DNA of 64,000 nucleotides from Guillardia theta CCMP2712 (Eukaryota > Protista > Cryptophyta), in contig NW_005434634.1 in assembly GCF_000315625.1 (NCBI RefSeq), positions 210,531-274,530 on the forward strand, given 5' to 3'. The position numbers were made by a program, and so were the translations under genes. Position 1 is the stretch's first letter, and the number at the start of each line of letters is the position of its first letter. Of the stretch, positions 46,004-59,363 are shown in pieces. The notes under the pieces were generated by a model, which worked only from the letters and a program-made list of their open reading frames with translations, was not told the DNA's origin and ran no database searches.

Positions 46004-48349
46004 CTTGTGATTCTTGTCAAGTATGTGCGATCATCGGCAAAGTCAACGAAGTCAACAGGATTTCAGCTAACGATTGATGTAAAGAAGCCGCACTAGCCAC
46101 CTATCCTCTCTTCCCCTACCTACCTACCTACCCTCCCTCCCTCCTTCCCTCCCTCCCCTCCCTCCCTCCCCTCACTCGCGCGTCACTTTTTCTCCCTTGA
46201 ATTTCCATCCCTCGGGAGAAGGAAGGCACGGATATTCCAGCTGCCCCAGCCCCAGCCAGCAGTCTCCCGCTGCCCCTCCCTCCTCCTTCACGATCCATTG
46301 CCACAGAGCACAGGGACCGTAGCTGCAGCACCTGTACAGGAGTGACATGGCAGACAAGTGGAGCAAGTTAAGTCACATGGCCTTGCACTGCTGCTCACTC
46401 GACGACTGGAAGACCGTCAGGCCGAGGCAGTGCAGCCCGTCAAGCTGCTCGGCAGCCCGACAAGCTCCCTTGAAGCGAGGGAACGAGGGGATGAGACTGG
46501 AGAGAGGACGCACGCATCGATTCTTCTCGCTCCTTCCTTCCTTCCTGGAGACCACCGTTTCTCCGCCCTCCTCCCTGGACATGCTGCTAACCGAGCCTTG
46601 GTCCTCCTCCTCGATCGCGCTGTCAGCTGAGAACCGTTTCCTCCACTCGGAGAGTCGAGTCGACCTGGAGCTTTGCCCGAGACTTTCTCCCTCCTCGGAG
46701 GAACCTTGCGAGGCCCGGGAGTCCTCTTCTCTTCGGATGATCGTCTCACCGAGAGGAAGGTGCTCTGACGATCAGAGCTCAGGAGGGTAGAGGAGGAAGA
46801 AGTCCCAACCTCTCTTAGCACGGAAACCATGAACAAGTCTCAGTGAGTTTGAGCGCACTGGCCCCGAGGCAGGCTGTGATCGCATCCGTTCTGCGTCTCA
46901 TCGTGTCACCTGACATGGCAGAGAACGGGCAAGCCCACCATCGCAAGCGCCAGCCTCACAATCATGAACCATGATCCGGATTGAGCTCCTGCAGTCTTGG
47001 TCACATCTAGCATATCCCTTGCAAACTCCAGCAACCTGTTGCTTATACAAACATGCTTCAGCTCCAGGTGATAACCGGCCCAACCAAGACTGCAAAGGAA
47101 TCATCATGTCTGCAAGAAGATCTCTCGAGGGTGGAAACCTAGTGCAGTAGTCGTCCATTGCGATGAAGACAGGGTTGAAGTCCGTGTACCTCGCATGAAG
47201 GTGCCTGTTGGACAAACTTATCTCCCATAAATTCAAACAGCTGCATCGTCACATTGCGATTTGTCCGAAAGTGGAAGTGAAGGTGAAGACAATTGCATCA
47301 GTGTGAGAAACTAAGATCAGATCCGTCATGAGCGCCTTCGAGGTGTCAGGGTCGATGTTGAGAATGAAACATGCAACCATGAGAGGGTTTGAAGATCTCC
47401 GAGAGTCTTGTGTGAAGACTTGTAGGTTGCTTGGCATCATGCGTATGAACTGGGTGAAGAGACGGCGAGTCAGTTGAGGAGGAGAAGAAGCCAAAGTGAA
47501 GAACTAGGATGGAAGAAAACCTTGTTGATAGCGCCCGGGTGATCGCTACAAACAAAGACTGCCGTGGCATTGATGATGCGAGCAAGTCGATTAGTCTTGT
47601 TGTTCTCGTCAAGACATCTCTAGACAAGAGCAGTTGCAAACCTCTCGAACGTAGAGGGAAACGGGAATCCGTTGAGCCTCGTTAACCTTGTCAAGCTTCG
47701 CATCCTGCGACAGAGTGAAAGGAAGAAAAAGTAAAAGGAGAGCGAGAGAAGAAGAGGAAATTGAAAAGCGGAGATTGAAGAGAGTTGTGATGGAAGATTA
47801 AAGAAGAGCATCTAAGAGATGATGCTAGGAAAGACAAACAATGTTGATCTTCTTTCTTACAGCAAGTTTGCCCATACGGATGTGAACTCCGATGACTTTG
47901 TGCTTCTCATTCCATCTATAGGAGCATCAAGACAATGATGTACACCAAGGGCGACAAGACTTCAAGAAGCAACCAGAGCAGCTTCTTACCCGAGACTCTC
48001 CTTGACAGAATTCACATGGTCCATCAGTGAAGCCTTCGGCCTGAACAAGTACCAAGTAGACAGCAGGTGCCACCAATAGACATCAAAACTGACATGCCCC
48101 TTGCTGCTCATGTCCGGACTCCACGTAATATTCCTTTCCTCCTCCCCACCCCCCACTCGGATCTCTGAGCTTTCTCCTCCTCCTCTTCCTCCTATGTTGG
48201 TCCCAACTGTTTGCCCCTCCTCCTCTCCTCCTCCCAACATCTGGACGAGATCCGAGACCAACGCAGCGGGAGGCCTCACCGCTCCCTTCCTCATCTTCTT
48301 CCCATACGTCACCTGCAGCAACTTCAACCTCCTCCTCCTCCTCCTCCTC

Positions 48350-48383
<34 letters not shown>

Positions 48384-49743
48384 CTGGGTGTAGCTGTAAC
48401 AGGTTGCTATGCTGGAGAGCTTCATCTTCCTCCACGTACTGCTCAAGAACCTTGAGGCGCACGAGGCCAGTCAGAGCAAGATCAGAGACCCGCACAGACT
48501 CACAGGTGACGTGTTCTCCCCGTGTTCTCTTAGAGGAGCATAAAAGGTTGGGTCCAACCAGTTGAGCACTGAATCGTCGTCATCGACCGGAAGGGGTGTG
48601 ATATTTCCTCACCGGATCGGTCACAAGTGGAAATGCTCTCAAGGACGCCTTCGTGATCATAGTAGTTGTCCCAGTATATCCGAGGTGCTGAAGGCGTAGA
48701 GGAGGGAGGAGGGGAAGAGGGAGAGGGAGAGGGAGAGGAGGAGAAGGAGGAGGAGGAGGAGGAGGAGGAGGAGTTGGTCTTTTCGCCGAAGCGCAGGGCA
48801 AGGTCATCTTGAACAATCATTTGCTTCACATGAAAACAATATCAAGAGACAGGAGCAAAACAAACACCTCCAACCTCAAACTCCGGGTTGTGCACGACAA
48901 CCCTGTTGGTACGGATCCCGTACTCCAGACCGATGCGCAGGGACAGCAGCTGGGAGCCAAACCCGTGCACCCCGAAAGAGTTCCAGATCACGAAACGAGC
49001 AGAGTTACACAGATGTTCCATCCTATTCTGATGCTGCTCCAGAAGAGCAGTTACAGACTCGTTCAGCACGCGCAGGCTTTCAGCCACAACCGGGCTCCTC
49101 CCATGCAGTATGGACCCCCATGAATCCGGCACCGTGCTGCCCTCATCTTCCTGCTCCTCCTCGTCCTTGACCTCACAGGCACCCGAGGATTGGGAACCGT
49201 TAAACCTCACGACCTCGAAGATCGTCCTCCTCTCTCCCCCCTCGTGCTCCTGCCATTCACCAGTCAGCAGCTCTTGACGTCAAGGGAGGTCAGGACGGGA
49301 TCACCCATCGAGCTTCTACGAGCAAGGTGTAGAAACCCTCCCAATCTCTCGAGATGATCGCATGAGGCTTCCAATCTAGCGAGGTTTCACCTTCCTCAAC
49401 CACAACTTCCCATCGGTCGATGGCCGTCGGGGCGACATGATGGCAGAGGTCGCCGTACATCCCGGACTCGGTTCGAGTATCGCAGAAGCCGATAGAGATG
49501 AGAAGTTTGCATGGCCGCTGATGCGTCTGGAAGGACGCGAGGAGTCTGACCTCCTCAGGTTCTTGCGGCTCGAAGTCGAAGGGCTCCAGTTGCTCCCATT
49601 CCTGCAAAACCAAAAGTGATCCGAGCATGGGAGGGTCGTAGTGTCACCTTGAACATGCATGTTCCTACTTGTCCATGGCAGGCCAACACGAGGCAACAGA
49701 GGGAGAAGAGCACTGACAGCAGACGAGCATGCCGGATGTTCAT
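45829..49743 (-). CDS. Second FUT8/NodZ-like fucosyltransferase (GT23) with a Cys-rich PAN/apple-like C-terminal region
   Basis: Signal peptide MNIRHARLLSVLFSLCCLVLACHG. GFGSQLLSLRIGLEYGIRTNRVVV, YLFRP, VIGVHIRMG, ALMTDLILVSHTDAIVFTFTSTFGQIA. Downstream CKA|CCSYGPCALWQW..DCWLG. Attachment of the 3' exons (45829-46850) is inferred. Confidence 0.65.
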
Positions 49744-49956
49744 GTCAAGATCCCCGTCGCCGTCGCCGTCACCTCCCCGACTCCATTCCGTTCAATCAAG
49801 TGCTCTCCCCGATTGTTTGCCCACCCCACCCCACCTTCGATCAATTGAGTACCCCTCTGATAAAATCCATTCACCCACCCCTTTCTAGCAAAGTTTGGCA
49901 CAATTTGATCTTGTACCCCTCCCCTTCCGGGCCCTTCAGCGATTGCGATTGGCGCC

Positions 49957-51692
49957 ATGCCCCCCCGAAGGGGAAGAGGAAGGAGGAAGCAGGAGGAGGA
50001 GGAGGAGCGACAGGAAGAAGAAGATCAGCAGAAGGACATCCAGCAGCCAGAGCAGGAAGAGAAGCAGGTTGGAAGGAAGGAAGCGCGAGAAGAAGAGAAG
50101 CGACGGAGGGCGGAAGGCGAAAGAGTTGCGAAAGAGCGGGAGGAGGAAGTCAAGTTGGAAGGACAGGAGGAGGGAAAGGACGAGAGCGATGAGAGAAAAG
50201 GAGAGGCAGAGGAAGAAAGTACAGGCAAGGATGAGACACAAAAGGGAGAGAAAGACAACACCGGAGACGAGCAACACGAAACCAGGCTCGAAGTTCAGGG
50301 AAGTGGGAAGTCAAAGCAAGGAGGGAACAAGAAGAAGAAGCAGAAGGCTGTTAAGGAAGATCAACCCAAGAAAGAAAGGCCCAAGAAACGGATGAGCAAG
50401 GCTCAACTTTTACATTATCTTGTAAGATTTTGCGGCTCTATGTTGCGTTGGCTAAGTGTTGTCATTTCAAGAATGTGTTATTGGGGGTGTTGGCCATACT
50501 GTCCCTTGGAGATATTGCGGTCTCGTCCTTTCTCTGCAACCAATTGTTTTCCTTCAGATCAAATGTTCAGGTTAATGAGATTGTTGTGGAAGAAGAAACC
50601 TAACGTTATGATGTTTCGAAGAATGCTATCAACGACTATTGCAGTCAGAATCGATTGCTCGAGCAATGCCTTAGTTTCTCAGATTTCATCCTGGTATACT
50701 GAATTTCTCTGAGAACAGTGTGTTACACCTTGCCTTTGATCTGCAGGCTCCATACATCTCGTTCCTCATTTGGTCCATCTTCCTCTTTCTGAGCTGCATG
50801 TTGCTACTCTACGGAATTACGAAGGTATTTCTCGTCGTTTGCATCGCGACGTTCTCTTAGCAGCACCTGACAGTCTTCAACCACCTCTCTGTCTTCTTTC
50901 ATCTACTTGGAGGTGAGAAGCAACTCGAGCATCTTGATCCCTCACTGTCAGCCCCAGCTGCTCCTTGCGTCGGCACAGATTGCTTTCACGACGTTCGTCT
51001 CTGTCAACGTGAGCTATCTCAAGGTGAGATTCAATATGATGTATCAGCCAACCCTGATGGTGTCATAAGAAATCCACCACTGGGGCATCGACTGTTTCGT
51101 ACATTGATCAGTTCAACTACACTGTGACCAAGTATGCGTCCATTTGCGTGTCCGCGGACAAATGATTGACGTTGTCTACAGGCTGTGGAACAGTACGAGT
51201 AGTTGGCAGGTATATGTGAGGAACGCTGCAGCCTTTCTTTTGTTGATGACGAGACGCAGAGCTCGGTAGGATGCGGTGGAGCCAACAAACTCTCATATAA
51301 ATCGGAGATCGACTGTGTTATCTCCGTCTTGGACAAGTACGCGATCACAGCTGCATGTTTAATGATGGTGATCATCCCTGTGCTCAAGCTTTCTTGTTGA
51401 GCTCTCTCCTTCAGTTTCCTGTCCTCCTACAGTTCCCAGCTGCCTTGTTTGCGAGTCTGCTTCGAACTTGGATCGTGGAGGTGACACTAGATTATTCATC
51501 GAGCTCCTTGTCTGACTGATAGCCAGGATAAGGGAATGGATCTATTTGTGCAGTGCCGCATATCTCAAGGATTTGGCCTGATAGTAATGATGCCGTCTCC
51601 CTGACAAGGATGAGTTGACCTCGATGCAGATTATGGGGGTCTTCTTCTTCATCATCTGCTTTGGAGTGGTGGTTTGCGGCATTGTTCTTTAG
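49957..51692 (+). CDS. Hypothetical multi-pass membrane protein with an acidic N-terminus
   Basis: Long E/K-rich first exon. Hydrophobic exons NVLLGVLAILSLG, YISFLIWSIFLFLSCMLLLYGITK and IMGVFFFIICFGVVVCGIVL*. Cys-containing loop. Confidence 0.45.
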
Positions 51693-51864
51693 GCAATCTT
51701 TAGGAAATAGGTTTGTCCAGCTGTAAACTAATACTACATGTTCTATCGAGCTCTTTGATTGCTTTCTCGACCGAACGACCCAGGTTCTTCATCGTCTTCA
51801 CGTTCTCTTCTGCTTCCGAGTTCGCGAACCCTGAACGGTTGTCAGCGACTCTCTTGCGAAAAGG

Positions 51865-53022
51865 TTACGAGCGCACGAGGATGAGGAGTAGGAAGGCAGC
51901 GCAGCATCCTAACGCATGGCCTGCGATGGCGCCAGCCGTGCAGGTGATAGGCCAGGCCTTGGAGGGATCAGTGTCGCTCCTCTCCCACTTCCATCGCTAC
52001 CTGCCATGGTCTGTCCCAGTCCAAGGGGATGGGGATCGCACCGAACCATGTGCCTACCACCTGAAGCACGGGAAACCTATCGTGAGCTTGAAGACGAGCC
52101 TCCCCGGACACCCTACCGCAAGAGCGGAAGGCAAGTACGCCAACACCTCTCCGTCAGTCTTGGGGTTGTTGCAGGCGACTACCCTCCTCCATCCTCCCAG
52201 CTAGGGCACCTCAGAGTCAGCGAGGAAGAAATACAGGAGACATTCGCCCGACATCTGTGCCAAACGTGCAAGCAAGAGGCACTGCCGCAAGAACGGCGAG
52301 GTGCCTGGTCAACCCATGTCATCCGACCCTTTGTATCGCATCACAAACAGATGATACATGCTGAGAACAAAAGTCTTGTGCGCCGCCTCCAAGACCTTGC
52401 ACGCGACTCAGACAGAAACATCTCCTTGAAGCACGAGCTCACCGGAACTCCGAAAATGACGAATAAGGAATGAAAGAATAACGATCCCAACACGAAGCCA
52501 AGTGCTGCTCTTATCAATACACTGAGCAATCCTGCGAAGATTTGAGACGCAGCTGAGAATTCTCTTTGAACAAAACCCGCGGAGGAATGAATCTTGCTCA
52601 CAACAACAGCTAACTTCAATTCCCGCGTTATTCACCAGCAGTCGAATCAAAGTGCGTCTTACCACAAGGAGAGGTGGGGCAGCGAATAACGACCCGCAAT
52701 GAACACGGAGCTCGAGATCAGTTGCGAAACTGCCATGAAACCTGCAACAAGGTGTCATCCCTACCACTGTAAAGCTTGCGTCGCTGATCATCACCTCTCC
52801 TGCGAAAGATCTACACTCCTGTCCACTGATCCGATGAATCTCTCAAGGAGCGGACCTGGACAGAGGCTGTGGATCAAGAGGAAGGGAGCGAGCTAGCTTC
52901 CAAGTACCATGATCTCCCCGTCCTGCCATGTAGAACCCTGAGGAGAAGAGCATCACGCTGCTCGTAGCCATCACCCCCGCCCATATTGCTCCGCCCATTC
53001 CTTTCACCCTCATCGCCCTCAT
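51865..53022 (-). CDS. PIGF: GPI ethanolamine-phosphate transferase subunit PIG-F/GPI11
   Basis: GSLFFHSLFVIFGVPV..KE|TFVLS, HLAVLAAVPL, and the signature WFGAIPIPLDWDRPWQ|AWPITC..GH.LG; stop at 51865-51867. Confidence 0.88.
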
Positions 53023-53241
53023 CCCCCTATATCTACTATCTCGCAGCCCGGCGGCCGGGACCGGGGCTGGCAGTTCAGTAATGGCCCGCAACTTGCCAAC
53101 TGGCCGGCCCGCAAGTTTCAGTTGACTTTACTCAAAGTTAAGTTAGAAATCAGTACGAGGACAATCAGGAGAGTTGAGGAGGCTTGACCAGTTTACTAAG
53201 TTAAAACAGAACTGGACTTCAGGTATGTCTTAGCTCACACT

Positions 53242-54907
53242 TTAGTCGATCTGCTCTTGAAGTCTCAAACCTCGACGAGGACTTCCTGTCGCGTTAGCTA
53301 ACTGAACGTTGGGAGGAAAATTAGTCCCAAGTGCGATTGACTTGACAATGAAGGAGCCCATAGCAAGACCGAACGAGCCCGTGACCTTGCTTCCGATGTC
53401 AGGAGGAAGTTGGAGAAGGAAAACAACATAACCATGGCTGAAGTCCCCATAGAGAAGTCACAAGATCGGAATCCCTGGCTCGCAGCCTCCTCAACCAAGG
53501 TCTGAATAGGCTGGACAAGACAACGGGAGTCAATCAGGAACTCAGGCGTGAGTTCCACGGACCTTCTCGCTGGAGTAGACAGCTTGAATCTTCCAAGGTT
53601 TCACTCTGCAAACATTCCTTACAACAGCTCAATAACATCCTAAGGAATCTCAAGGACAAACCGCTTCCGGTGAGGCAGCCCCTGCCAAAAGGCTCTCATC
53701 CATCACGCCTCCTCCTCCTCCTCCTCCTCCTCCTACCTGGGGAAAGCCGTAGAACTGCCGCAACTTCTTCCTCACCTGGTCGCAAACATCAACAACCAGC
53801 ATCGCTAGCCCCGGACAAGGAGCATCACATGGAACAGCAGCTCGTCGTCTTCAACTTTTGTCAGCTCCTCCGATCTTATCGCCGTAGGATCCGTCAGGCC
53901 CCCGGCGCCTCCCGATGTGATGATAGGAACCTTCAACTATTTAAAGCTATCAACCTCCGCTCCTCTGACACCTCAACTCTCACGAAAGTGCACGCGGAAA
54001 TCAGGGCTGCCTTGTCATCGACGCTATCGATGGCGTCAACGACGAAGTCAAACGAGCAGTTAGTCCTCTGAGGTTCAATCCCCTCATCCCCGTCCATTCC
54101 GCTCAAGATGCTCAGGGCATTTTCACGTCGCAGAAACTGGCGAGCAGAGGAGAGTTAGCTTTATCAACATGGCTGGAAAACATCTCACCTGTAACACACA
54201 TGATACATTGCACTCAGGATTGATGTCGAGAATCCGAGCCCTCAGGACTTCTGCTTTCGGGCGTCCTACGGTGCTCTGCCACACAATCAGCGTTGTGCAA
54301 TTCAGCGAAGACGAATACGTCTAGAGCGCAGAGCTGTCGATTGATGTTGGATATGCAAACTTCGTCAAGGTCCACTAGTGTTATCTTGCCGATTCCGCTG
54401 CGCGCACATGATTCTGCCACCCATGAGCCAACGCCTCCCAGCCCGACCTGCTCTGAAGAATCAATGCGATCACAGCTTAGAGGGCGCGATGCTCTACCAC
54501 ACAAACATGAGCATTTCTCAGCCTCTCCAATGAAGAAGAACCGTAAAGCCTCTTGATCCCTGAGAATCGTTCGACCGCTGGATCAATGAAGTCCTCCTGC
54601 ATTGACGCTCAAACTCGTGCTTGAATGTATGATTCGTGCATACCATGCTGCATGATTGGTCAGCGTCGGCTCCGTCGGTTTGTACAGCTTTCATGATGCA
54701 TTTCTGATACACTACAGTCAACGTTGTTATGATGTAAAGTAAAGTTGCCTTGGTTGTAAAGAATGTCCGGCAACAGTTTGAGCGAAAATTCCTCGCCATG
54801 CGACAGCTTTGAATTATCATTTTGGGATGGAGGGCGAAGTTGATGTTGTTGTTGAACGCGACGCAATGGGCAAGGAGGGAGATGGAGAAGATAAAACTTC
54901 TCGTCAT
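53242..54907 (-). CDS. tcdA: tRNA threonylcarbamoyladenosine dehydratase (TcdA/CsdL, ThiF family) with a bipartite plastid-targeting presequence
   Basis: VGLGGVGSWVAESCARSGIGKITLVDLDEVCISNINRQ, TVGRPKAEVL, DFVVDAID..KAALI, SGGAGG.TDPT, RKKLR, G..AMV|TGSFG. N-terminus MTRSFIFSISLLAHCVA-F followed by an R/N/S-rich transit-like segment. Confidence 0.85.
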
Positions 54908-55200
54908 CGAACCTCCTGCAACATTATGAATCAGAGCAACTAGGACCTGCTGGCTCCCGAACACAGTCGTACTGGATCTCCTCCTCATTACTCTACATCC
55001 TTTATCCACTTCCTCCCCTTCTTTGTTTGCTTCACCACTCGTCCTCCTCTCCACTCTTCCTCTCCCCTCCTCTCCTCCTGCTCCTGCTCCTGCTCCTCCT
55101 CCCCCCACTCTCTCTTCTCTCTATGATTCGCGCACCATCGTGCACATGGACCGGGGGCCGGAGCCCTTATCCCTCCTCATCCCCGGGCTTCGCCGGCCAC

Positions 55201-55334
55201 GGTCAGGCAGCGGGTCAGGCTGCAGTGCAGGTCAGGCTGCGGGTCAGGCCTGGGCCCGGTCAGGCACTGCGGGTCAGGGCCAGCTCACAGGCCAGCTGGG
55301 GCCGGGGCCCGGTCCGATCAAGCCCTGGGTCAGG
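55201..55334. repeat. Seven GGTCAGG heptamers within a GC-rich intergenic island upstream of tcdA
   Basis: GGTCAGG recurs 7 times; six copies have spacers of 5-10 nt and the last is separated by about 49 nt. Confidence 0.8.
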
Positions 55335-55593
55335 CATACTTCCGACTCTGAGATGTTCGCTGTCAAGACTCTGAAAACCTCGAAGGCAGGCCGGGCCTGA
55401 TGCGAGTTGATCCTGCACTTCAAGTCTGCAGGAAGGTCTTGATTGAATTAAGCTTTCATTGATTAAAATTCAAATAGACATGGCATGGTCACGATGACAA
55501 GAATGTGGACAAGGATGTAGATGGGTGTGACAGGATGGGGATGGAGGAGATGTGGGTCATGGTTGCGAATGAGAATTGGGAGAATGATCGAAA

Positions 55594-58082
55594 TCAGCAA
55601 TGGTTGATCCTCGCCACGAGCGAGGAGATGTCGCCGTCCGAGGTGCTTTCAGAGTCGTCCTCGTCGACGTCTTTCCTTGGACCTGCCTTTACGCCTAAAG
55701 GCAGCATGGCTTCAGATGCGGAGTTCCTTCTTCTGGCTTACCTCCAGCGCTCTTGGACTTAGTTGACGAGCCTCTGGCAGCCCTCTTGCTCCTGACTTGA
55801 GCGTCGAAACTTCGGACATTGGAAATTTGCTGCCGAAGTTTCTGTCTGCAAGAAGAGAGCATCTCAACGAAAGAGTTTTTGTAAGGACGGAGTTTACCTA
55901 GCAGATTCAGAGCCGTAAAGAACCGAAGAGAGCATGTCTTCGAATCCTTTGATGAGCATGATCAGACAGAACCCAAGGCATTAAGAGCAAAACCTTGAGC
56001 TCCTTCTTGAAACCCCCCGGATGAATCTCTCGCGGCGTTCAGCCTCCGTGACAATGCTGCAGAAATGTTTATGTCGCATTGAGGAATGCCATCTTGTTCT
56101 CTCACTTGTGAGGCTCCTTCTCAGCCTTTGATTCTCAGCTTCAAGCTCTTCGATCTGCTGTGGTTCTTATTTCATACCGCAAGGAGAAGGGACAATCACC
56201 TTCACGTGCAAAGTCCTCGGATATTCTTCTTGTAGTAAGTCACGTTCCTTGAACAGAGCTTCTTACACGAGGACCGCTGTTCACGAGAAAGATTGCCTAC
56301 CTCTGTCATGGATTTCAATTTATCGTTGGCTTCATGTATCTATCAAGCTTGTCAAAGTCCACCATCAAAGGTGCATATTTGATACTCTTTCATCTGCCGC
56401 TTGCAACTTTTCCGCATACGAGGCCTAGAGATCATTCATTCAACCCATGTTTGAAGTGGAAAAAGGTTGTATGAGGAAACCTGGGCACTGGCCAAAGCCT
56501 TCGCATGCTTGCACTCGAGTTCAGATCTCAAATTCCGTAGACATTCTCTCCTACCAATTTTCGGTCAAGCCATATCAAAGAGATCTTGACTCACTTCTCA
56601 GCTTCAGCTTGTTTCAATTTAGTCTCCATGACCTCTTCGTAATATGACCTGACCAAGTTCAGGTTCTTGCAGAAAAATCAGTTCGCACCTCAATTCATGC
56701 TCATGCATCTCAATTGTTGCTTGGTATTGATCTTCCGTCTACATACGCGGATTTAAAATCCTGACGAGACAAACATTGGAAGGAAAATACCTCCTTGATC
56801 CATTTGTCATAATTGGTCTTCATTTGCTCCGCTTGCTATGCGGACTTGTCAATGATGGGCAAGGGTCAGGCGAGAGAGAGACGAACCAGGGCTCTCAAGA
56901 TTGCATTTTCCAACAGTCCATTGCTCTTGTGCAGTTCTTGAGCAAGTCTGTCAATCTCCATTCTGGCCTCATCCCGCTGAAATCCTCATGATTGATTGCA
57001 AATGACAACAAACATATTACCTCCTTTACGATTTCATTGATTTCCATTTGTCTCATTTCTCTACCAGGCTGGCTTCCTGTCTTACCTGTCAACATTCAGC
57101 ACTCAGCGAAATTATCCAAGAAAAATCTTCATTCATCACTCTTTCTGGAATCTGTTCCGCTATTCGAAGCATTCGGGTTTGATCTGCTATCAGAGTATTA
57201 CATGATTTCCACTTATGTAAGTTGAGCTACAGATCATCGTTCCCGTGAACATCTGGATTACTCTGGAAAAGAAACAACATAGACAGTCATTCTCATGATG
57301 TCCGTCCAGCTCCTTGCTTCCTTACCTCGAGCTGCAGCTCTTGTTCCAACAGTACTTCCAATCGAGCGAACTCCTCGCAGCACGAAGTGATACCTTCAGC
57401 AACATTCTGAAACTCAACCTCAAAATTCTCTGACTTTGAGATCTTATTTTCAGAACTCCTATGATGGCATGTAAGGAAGCAAAAATCATCTTCGATCGTA
57501 CACCTGCTGCCCTGGATTCGTTTATGCATGCAAACAAGGGATTTGAGATGGCGCTTTAATAAAGCACTTTCCAATGCATTGTGCTGTGAAGTTGCACCTC
57601 CAGAGAGCTCAAATGTATATGTCCCCAATTTCCCTTCATTCACTTCCTGAGAATTCTCAGAGTTCGCATCTCTCCTCTGCAGAGTGCCCAGATTTTTTGC
57701 TTCATTTGACTGATTCCATTCGGTTAACTTCCTGTCAACTTGGTCTTGATCTAACTGCTTCGAGTCTCTTGGAGTAGTGATAGAAGAATGCTCTTTGGAT
57801 GGTAGATGAGGTTGAATTCCTTGGCTTAGCGAGGTGAAGATTACTGAGGTCTTCGGGAGGTTGGAAATCTTCGACCCCAGACGTACAGCCAAAGTACCTT
57901 TGATGATACCATATTTCTTCTTCACCTTCCATCACATCAGGTTTAGTGGAATGATACATTATCTTAAGAAGGAGACGTACCGTTTCAGGCAACAGCGAGA
58001 GCAGCTCCTCAGCCATCGTGAGCAAACTCAATAAATACCTCCTCTCAGCCTCAGCAACATTCGAAGCATCCGCTTCTTCCAT
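55594..58082 (-). CDS. Hypothetical coiled-coil protein, many short exons
   Basis: ORFs 57735-58121 and 57293-57925 plus heptad-rich E/K/Q exons separated by GT-AG introns of about 45-55 nt down to about 55594. No family motif recognised. Confidence 0.5.
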
Positions 58083-58649
58083 GTCTGCTTGCCCTGTCTG
58101 CATACTTCTACAGGCACTCACACAGAACTCAGGATCATGCCAGCTTCTCGCACTCCTCCTCCCTCCCTCAACCTTCTTCTCATCGCCTCCTCGGAGCTTC
58201 TTGGTTCACACGCCTGCCATTTTTCAAACCACTACCAATGTGTCCCTCGTCCCCGCTCGTACAAAATCTCGGACCCGCCTCAGAATCTCAGTTGCACTGA
58301 CCGGGCACCGTCGGGTGACTGCGGCCAGCCTGTGCGACCGTCGGACCTGATGCGTGCCCGCGTGTCACAGGGCCGTCGGTGTGCTGCCCACGGCCTTACA
58401 AGGATGCAGAGGCGCAGAGTGACTTAGCTTTGAGACTTCGGAATGAGAGTGGCACGCCACGCCAGGGCATTTACTGATCATAGATGTACACAAGATTCAA
58501 AGTTTCTACTCTCACTCTTACGGTTTGGTATTGTTGGCAAGATGAGAAAACAATTAAAGAAAGAACTCGGACCGTAGAGCGCAGCCTTCATTCAGTACTG
58601 GAGAAGAGGGTTCGAAGTAGTGGATCTTCTTTCGATTGCCAACTTGCTT

Positions 58650-59363
58650 TTACATCACGCTCTCCCTCGGACGATGAGTAACTGAGGTCTCAATGGACCT
58701 ATGCAACTCTTCCTCTTCTGCAGTCACATACCATTCGATGAAACTGGAGGAGAAGGGCGACACTTGCATCGACTTCAAGAAGACGTCGCGAGGGCCAATG
58801 TTGCTGGAGAGAGAGTTCCTTCGTTGTGTTGCTGTAACTTCAGGTCTTTCAAACCCAGCATTATCTGGTTGCTCGGCTGTCGAAGAATTGGTATCGTCAC
58901 TAATTTTCGTCTCTTCTCTTGAAAAATCTTTCGTTGACGAGTCAGGTGTAGAGGATTCTGTGGAAGATGTTGCAGACTCAGCCTCGTGTGGATCGGCCGC
59001 CATGGAATCTTCGCTCTCTACATCTTCACAACTCTCGTTGCCAGAAGAACAAGACTCTGACAATTGCTCATTCACCGCATTTCTGATATCCATTTGCGCA
59101 TCCTGACTATTTTGAGGAGAGGATACTTGCCCACGGCCTTCCTTCTGTCGGACATAGGGCCATTTCTTGATATCAAGCCTCTTGCACGCATTTTTCAGAG
59201 CCGTGAGAGAAATGCCAAGATGGTTTGCAGCTTCTCCTTGTCGCAGATGAAACAAAGCCATCACATCATCCTTAGACAGAAACAAAGCCCTTCTCCGCAC
59301 TGTTTCACCAGGCTTTGTCCTAGGATACACTTGAATTCTTCGTTGATTATCAGCAGGATGCAT
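58650..59363 (-). CDS. RWP-RK domain transcription factor (divergent KKWPY form)
   Basis: LSKDDVMALFHLRQGEAANHLGISLTALKNACKRLDIKKWPY; single 237-aa ORF with an S/E-rich tail. Confidence 0.85.
   Translation of the reverse strand: MHPADNQRRIQVYPRTKPGETVRRRALFLSKDDVMALFHLRQGEAANHLGISLTALKNACKRLDIKKWPYVRQKEGRGQVSSPQNSQDAQMDIRNAVNEQLSESCSSGNESCEDVESEDSMAADPHEAESATSSTESSTPDSSTKDFSREETKISDDTNSSTAEQPDNAGFERPEVTATQRRNSLSSNIGPRDVFLKSMQVSPFSSSFIEWYVTAEEEELHRSIETSVTHRPRESVM

Noticed and set aside
51713-52473. Plus-strand ORFs of 163 and 185 aa
   Set aside because: Antisense shadows of the spliced PIG-F gene, whose signature motif is on the minus strand.
55201-55334. CRISPR-like repeat-spacer pattern (also 41664-41732)
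   Set aside because: Repeats are only 7 or 16 nt with short irregular spacers, the context is eukaryotic and there are no cas genes.
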